A stretch of DNA of 64,000 bases from Phoronis australis (Eukaryota; Animalia; Phoronida): the NCBI GenBank assembly GCA_002633005.1, contig NMRA01000468.1, positions 124,001-188,000 of the forward strand, given 5' to 3'. Positions 56,679 to 64,000 of the stretch are shown here, one piece after another (position 1 is the stretch's first letter; each line of letters begins with the position of its first letter). A program made the translations under genes and the position numbers. The notes beneath the pieces are model-generated. The model was not told where the DNA came from. It saw nothing but the letters and a program-made list of their open reading frames with translations, and searched no databases.

Positions 56679-57423
56679 TTTTTTTTTTNGACACGCCTTT
56701 GCAGCTTTCAAAATCGGGATGAGCGGCTTTCTCCTCTGTACCATTAGCCAGGGGAGATCTTCATTCACAAAGAATTCTGTACCTTTGAAATTCTTGCGCC
56801 CCGACCAAATTTTCTCTCTTTGTTCGAAAAAGGTGAATTTTGCAATTATTGCCCGAGGTTTTCCATTCTTTTTCACTCCTGTTCTATGCACACGCTCGAA
56901 TGAGATGTCTGTTATGTTGAAAACCGTTTTCAAAACGGAGCATAACTTTTCTTTACAGGACTCCCCGTCGCTTTCTTGTATGCCACCGAATCTAAGGTTT
57001 GAACGGCGTGATTGAAACTCGATATTACATAGTTGTTTATTCAGCCTTTCATTTTCTTCCGTCAGCGCCCTTATATTTGTTTCATTGTTTTTAGAGCGTT
57101 CGCTACTTTCCTCCGCCAATGAGTGAGTTATTGCGATAGAATTCTTGATTTCCGACAGAGTTGAGCTCATACCTGCTAACTGTTCCTTGATAGATGAAAG
57201 CCAGGCGGGCTCTGTCTCGGGTACGGTACGAGTTTCGCCACTCATTGAAACTGACCTCGTAGCCACAGAATAATCAGCAATAGTCTTCTTCTGTTTGGAG
57301 CGGCCCATCATTCAAAAAACGTGCAAGCAGAAATACAACGGTATGAGAAATTTGAATTTCGCGGGGCGTCTCAGCAGAGCTCCTCAAAACACGTCTTCTC
57401 GCTCCGCCATTTAACCGGAAGTC
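56679..57423 (-). mobile_element. L1/Tx1-like non-LTR retrotransposon: 5' UTR + ORF1 + poly(A), with TSD
   Basis: ORF from 57311 has a coiled coil then EFQSRRSNLRFGGIQE...ERVHRTG...PRAIIAKF...FFVNEDLP (L1 ORF1p RRM-type). 5' end GACTTCCGGTTAAATGGCG. CAGAATGGAAAAGAGTT is duplicated at 56664-80 and 57424-40. An A-tail at 56679-88 abuts N 56689. Confidence 0.88.
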
Positions 57424-60400
57424 CAGAATGGAAAAGAGTTGTTTCTAAATGTTACCACAGTGATAAAAATTTGAAGATCATTTGTTATAAACCCACGTCA
57501 TGGTTAGATGCAATTCATGAACTTAATGCCGAATTGACATTGGCAAACTCAGCGCCAATTTAATTTGTCATTTAAGAATGACAAAGATGACAACAGCAAA
57601 ATGTACATTGAAATAAATAGGCCTGAAATTGACAATATAAGCAAATCAAATCAGGCACTGGGTACAGGACAGGATTGCTACTCTCATCACTGCTTTTATT
57701 AAATTATAAAAGCATGGGATACAAAAACACAGTCAGATATACCACACTGACCAGTATTGCTTCCAAAAGACTAAGTACATGATTGGAAGAATTATTTCCA
57801 CTTCCACACAAAGGCCTGGGCTCATTTTCATTGTGAAGCTTTCGTGAATTAATCAAGCAGAAAATATCCACTACACACCAATCATACAGTCATAACAAAG
57901 GTTACAATGCAAATGTTCTGGGTAGACATTTTTCTTGCCTGTGGTGTGTAGGCTTATTAATGTCTAAACATTCTGGGAGACTGGAGCAAATCAAGCATTC
58001 ACTAGCAGCAGGTGAATCAGCAACCAGCCCTCAATGGAAGAAGGACTAGAAAAAGAATTTCAGCGAAATTTCTTAAGTTTCAGATGGAGAGTCCTTGAAA
58101 TTGCTACTTTTCAATTTTCTATGATTTCACATGAAGGCTTCAAGTTTTATCAAGTACTATGCAATTATTGACTTACACAATGAAGGGTGGACATATTGAC
58201 CAAAAGTGAAAGTCAATAATTGTTTCATTATGTAATTACATTCACAAAGTAATCCATGACATGATTGGAGGATTGAGCTTTTGATCATGTCATTCGATTG
58301 GCCGGTTAGCAACCAGTTTTTAAGATGGGAGAAAAATAATCACACCTGTTGACCTTTTGAACAGCCACTATTATTCAATCAAAAAAAATCACCAAAATGA
58401 CCTTTACTTCACATTTCAAGGGTGAATGCTCACAACTTTTCAAAATGTCGTCTAAAGGCAGCTAGGGCACTGAGAATTCAGCAGAGTGTTTATTTTGGTG
58501 TTACATAACTTTTGTGAGAAAATAGTTTTAATTGTCCAATTCCTTGTGTCCTAAATTGGTGAGATATTACTTCAGTTGAGATATTACTTCAGTTAAGTTC
58601 TTATTTAAAAGAGATCAGTGATGTCCTGTGACTGACATGCAAATCTAAACAATAACAATTAACAAAACTGTCATTCTTTCATTTCTCTAAAGCTCTTTAC
58701 AAGGTTAAGATGTCCAGATTTTCCTAGTGTGTTGAGTTTTCATGTTTATTTTTCTTGAAGCTGTTCATAAATACGGTTTCCGCTTATCCACCATAATGCC
58801 TTGCACACTCACTAGATGAAGCCGTGACTATGCCTCCATTTGGCAGCAGTCGTCATCAAACATAACACAAGTCACCTCTGTACTGCGAAAGTTTCGCCTA
58901 GAATCCCTAGATAGTCAAAAACGCATAAAGAATCTATATCTCACGCCATTCGACAATTTCATACTAGTTTATTTGATGATCCAAAAACTCAGAAGGATGA
59001 GTAGCCTCGTTCTTACTTACAGTGCACCGTTAGCTTCGTGCAAGCCGAAAATACAGTCAAATTCCTGACTGCATTCACCTGCTACTTGGAAAGTCATGCG
59101 ACTTGGCAAGGTTGGCGAGGCTGATAGGTCCCAAATGTCCCATTACTTTTACATTAAAAAGAGGCTGCACAGAACACATAAAACTTAGGTCGTTTGTTTT
59201 ATTATTTTACAAATGTTCAGTAGACAATGAATTATTCTATGTATCCTGTTAAGAAGACATTTGTACAGGTTGTAGGACTGGGCTTGAATCAGTGCAGCAC
59301 ATTTACCAGCGCAGTATACACAAAGAATTAGCTGATCAACGCATTGTTGCAACTGAAGGGCATCAATGTGGAACTATAAGTAAAAGACAATAGCGATGAG
59401 GGGACCAATTTGTGCCCTCGTTGGGAGACCCAGCATGCATTGCTCAGACCTCATTTTTCTAACCAATCAAGACCCAGAACGGATCGGAGTTCTTTAGTCT
59501 TTAGGTAAAAGGTGGATAGCTTTGATTTCCCTTCAAAAAAGAGCAACATGTGTTACATGTTCTTACTTATAATGATGACAGGACAATTCCTGTGGCTTTC
59601 CTCAGGTTGTTTTGAGACTCCGCTCTAGAACAAACTGAGTTCATTTCCACCAGACAGACCAGCTGAGGATAATCACCAAAAAATGTAATGTCTGTGAGAT
59701 ACCACTGAGATACATTTGTTTATCAAAACATGTCAAATATGAGGACCAGGATAGCCTTCACGCAAAAATGTATAAATATACAGCTTTGGAATGAGGTGGG
59801 TAAAAATATACCCAAATAAAATCTCAACATTTATGTCATTAAACACAAGTAGGTTTACTCTTGTTTGAGTAAAGTAAACAGGTTACTGATACTCACAAAA
59901 CTACCATTGTAGCCTTATTCTGTAGCTAAACTTGCGGAGTAACAATATGAGTTAGATTAGATGGCCCAGAAATAGAGTGTCACCTATTAACCAATTTCTT
60001 TTTTCCACAATTCTTCAATCAAATGTTCTTCTTCCACTAGGTTGCGTAGTTTACAATACATTACTGTTATTGGATTCACAGCACTACAAATTTTTTGTGA
60101 TTGATTTTCAGAAAATCGAATTTCTGAGCAAATTTTCCATTGGCAAAATTTTCATCATCTGCGTGAAGATGTCCGCAAAAATACCAAATGGCGTATGCAC
60201 GTGTCACAAGCATACTATTTTCAAGCCGACAACAGACTTTTCCTTGTTACAAAAGTGAGAGAATTGTGAAAGAAAACAATATTTGTTTCCAGACAGTTTT
60301 TCACGAAAGGCAAGTGTCGAATGACCCACTCCCAAATTTTGAAAACACACCATACAGTTCTTAGCTCCACATGTTGATATAAGATTAACGACCAGGTGAT

Positions 60401-62902
60401 GAGTAGAATTACCTGGGCAGAATGAAATTTCGAGGTCTACATAAAATTTACATGCATCTCTCCATACACCTGTAGCCAGCTAGCTAGGACAACGACTGGT
60501 CAGCTAATGAATGTAGTTCCCAGAAATGCAGCACTGCAAACAATTCTGAGAACACATCTTTGTGGGTTTTTTTTGTCTGGTAAGCAGTAATGATCTTCTG
60601 GCAATATGCGAACCAGTAAGTTCAGAAACTAAACAATTGGGGGGTTAGGGGGGGCGTGATCATCCTGACTGCGACCATATTTTATGTAATACATTCAGCA
60701 AGGGCACCAAAATGTTTGAGCGGAATGTTATTAAAACAGGAATCCACTGACAATAATATTAATTAATCACTAAGTCATAAATAGATTAATGGGATTCAGT
60801 AAAAATTATGCATTCTAAGTCTCCAAGAACAAATGCTCATGCTTTGAACATGCTCAGATGTATCAAAACATGAACAGTCACAGACAAAATCAGAATGTAC
60901 AATAACTTAAACACTGTCATAATTTACTTAACACTGGGCAGAAAAACATCATAGCAACAACTGGACAACAACACAAGCCACAAAAAGTCCAATAAACAGG
61001 CAAAATTTTCTCAATAAGAAATATCCCCAAGTTCACAGCACATCACTGCAACCTGTCCACCCCTGCAAAATTGACATTATTCCATTGGTCATAAATCACC
61101 TGCATTTACAAGTAACAAAAGTTTAATAACCTGGAATGCCAGGGACACAATACCAGACCACTATAATGGTTATAGCTTGACATACCCTGGACTTCATCTC
61201 AGGGTACTGCTGCTCTGCGTACACAGCATAGGGTAGTGTGAGATAATGTTTCTTGGAAAATGACAATAATTGAAAAAAAAAATCCTAGAGGATACAGTGG
61301 AATTTCCATCAATTGCCAAAATAAGCAAATGGTTAAAGTGTACAGAGCTAGTCGTGGACGTTCTTTTGGATCAAATGCAAAAAGATTGTGTACGCAGTTC
61401 ACTGATTTTTTGAATTCATATTCTTCAGCAAGAAAGTAAAGAATCCTTATTATCCAGGAGATAACTTACAAGTGAGCAATTCATTGACTAAACTTGTCCT
61501 TGTCCTACAGCTCATAAAATCTCTCCAAGTTCACCTTAGTTTGTGAAGTTGAACAGTTGATTTCAGGGATTCATTTAATCAACTGAATCATCTCAAAGTC
61601 TCTCACCACAAGAATCAGCTTCCAAGAATCAACACAAACATCACCAACCATATAATTACTAAAGATTGGCTGATGATAAACTGACCACCTCATGACTACC
61701 TCATGACCAGTAATAGTCAACTATAATGCGGTAAGTCTTCCCTTGTTTGAGTACAACATGACCAACACGTGAAATTCGGTTTTGTCAAATTTTTTCACAA
61801 AAAAGAAGATTAAGAAAATTTTAGTCTATTACTAGCACAGTGTGTACTGTGTAAATGTCATAAAAACAACATTTGGTCAAGTTTCCGTTATTTAAGCAAA
61901 AGTCGACCTTCGAAAATAGAAGAAATGGAAATTTGGCAAACTAAGCGGAGAATGACTGGTACATGGTCACAAACTGGCTAAAACCCGAACATTTTTACTA
62001 TGAACGTGGACAGTTGCTTTCCCAGGCACATTGATGGCAGTTTGACTTACTGCAAAATTGCCAGCTTTACAAATAGCACTTCTGAAGCCAGATCCTTAAC
62101 TTCCAAGTGCATCCATGCATAGAACAAGAGCACCTTTGTTTAACACCACCTTAATGAGTTTGATGCAGACAGTGAATGTGGTCTAATACCAATTTTCAGT
62201 TTGAAAGCAATATGAGGGTGGTGAGAAAACAAACTAAATGCTGGTGAAAATGACCCTTCTGCCTAATCACAATTGTATGTAGCCTTCTCCACAACCTGTT
62301 TTGACTCGTTAGTGCGTTGGGTTTGAATTCTGTAGCAACAAGTTTGAAACCTAAGCAATGGGTTTCAAGTATTGGGAGATTAGTCATTTCTTAAGGAAAT
62401 TACAACATTTTGGATTTTTAGTATCAGTTCAAAGTATTTATACCAAGACGTCTTAACACACAACTCCCAACAGTATGGACATGGACTTTCGAACATGTAC
62501 ATGAATTTTGTAATTCCAGTCGAGTTTGAATTTTCTTTTGCAGAGAACATTGTATTTTCTAACACGTTAAAGGTTTTTGCCACTGAAAAACTGCTAGGGT
62601 TTTCACTACACACAAACCTTCCATTTGTGATTACTACATATTCAGACACAAGCAAAGTCCAACACTTGATGCTACAGATGGTCAACTCATTGTACAATAA
62701 CAATCAGATATCACATTTCATAACACAAGACTAAGGAAACAATACTTCAGAAGGGGAATGGGCTGCAGCCAACACAAACTAAACAAGTAGAGCTGGAACG
62801 AAGCATGCATGAAGCTCCAAGGTCAATTTTCGTTTAACCTTTGCAGGAAGAAATCATCTACAGAATTGTAAGTTTCTGCTGATAACGACAACAGTCATTC
62901 GC

Positions 62903-62980
62903 AGGAGTTCCACATTTTTAGAACCAGTTTTTTTCCGCTGAAGAACAGGCATCAAACTTGTTCTCAAAACCTGGGGTCCC
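62903..62980. mobile_element. About 105-bp hairpin interspersed repeat, partial inverted copy 3
   Basis: TTTTAGAACCAGTTT...CTGAAGAACAGGCATCAAACTTGTTCTCAAAA is the reverse complement of the core of 6363-6468. Confidence 0.6.
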
Positions 62981-63936
62981 TGTAAGTAACTACAGTAGAA
63001 TCTCTTTTAATTTTCATTCAAGTGACCATGCTTTGAGGTTCTGAGCGTAACATCCAACCTTGATTGTTTAGATTCTAGATTTAATTGCCATGGAAAACAG
63101 AAACAACACAAAGGAACCTCAGTCCGAGTGTGGGCCATTTCACTTAGCGTGGTTAAAAGATGCACTGTTGGACTTCACAACTTTCACCATAAGATTTCCA
63201 CTGGTTCCAGTGCACAAATCAAATATTTTTACAGTCAACATTATACAATTTAGATTCATTCATTGCCACTTTTTACATATTTAGAAGGACGCTAAAAGAT
63301 TCCGATTTTTCATGCGTCAAGAGAGAGAAATTCTTTTCACTACACGTCAAGAGAAATTCTTTTACACCCAACAGAAAAAGACATGCCTCAGTCATTTCGT
63401 ACAAGCCAATCAATTTCATAAGGCTATTCATCCGGACAAGATGAACCTGGTAATTCTCTGCAAACCGTTCTATTGTGCACGAACATTTCTAACTGTTTTT
63501 GTCAACAGTTCTTTTTAACGCTCCTGCTGTCTAACTTGTTTGAATAACAAGACATACATTCAATATCCCGGACAAAAACTTGACAAGTCAAACAAACGTT
63601 GCTATGTTCAGATATGACAGCTTTTGATTCTGGCTATGAATTAGGAAATTTAAAGTATATGGATTTGACTGTAAGGCCAAGCCTCTGAACTGAAAAAAAA
63701 ACTTGCAACAAAACATTTCGCACATGATCAGCCAACCGAGTTAACAAGGATCACCAAGAGCCAAGTAAATGACATCAGAGTCATCCTTTCTGTTAGTTAG
63801 ATAGTTCGCTAATCAGAATTGTTGCATAGCCAACCTCTGTGAAATGTGACAATGAACTTACAATGATAAAGCATGACTTGAGGATCAAGTTAGTGCCCAG
63901 ATGCAGCAGCTCATAAAGACAAAACCCTACAAGTGC

Positions 63937-63966
63937 CTGGCCTTGGAATGACCAATGACAAAAAAG
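63937..63966 (+). mobile_element. Terminal fragment of the CAGGGCTTGGAAT MITE family
   Basis: CTGGCCTTGGAATGACCAATGACAAAAAAG matches the left ends at 30399 and 42078. Confidence 0.6.
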
Positions 63967-64000
63967 AGCAAAAATATCCAGGAGGCGTATCATTCCACAA

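Overview
AT-rich, intron-rich animal genomic DNA (probably a marine invertebrate; this is inference only), with assembly gaps at 4925-5329 and 45431-45602 and single Ns at 20465, 21649 and 56689. Left end: an intact tRNA-Arg(ACG) gene, a degenerate copy of it, and a Penelope-like GIY-YIG relic. Two convergent protein-coding genes were reconstructed by hand with phase-consistent GT-AG junctions. (1) + strand: an 8-coding-exon type-B carboxylesterase (6037/6118-14815; 538 aa from the second ATG) with an intact Ser-Glu-His triad, no signal peptide, a C-terminal PTS1-like -AKF and a possible N-terminal mitochondrial presequence. (2) - strand: a PLEKHA5/6/7 (kramer-like) WW-PH-coiled-coil scaffold gene, about 25 coding exons and about 1700 codons between 50259 and 18810; its 5' end was not found in the window, and it has candidate alternative cassette and terminal exons. 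The introns carry MITEs with 5-, 6- and 8-bp TSDs, hairpin elements, a TSD-flanked LINE 3' fragment, a TSD-flanked L1/Tx1-like element and several minisatellites. No CRISPR array or prokaryotic system is present. The most interesting signals concern the esterase: possible mitochondrial/peroxisomal dual targeting, a triplicated 22-bp splice acceptor at the junction that splits the catalytic GESAG motif, and clustered nuclear-receptor DR1 motifs.
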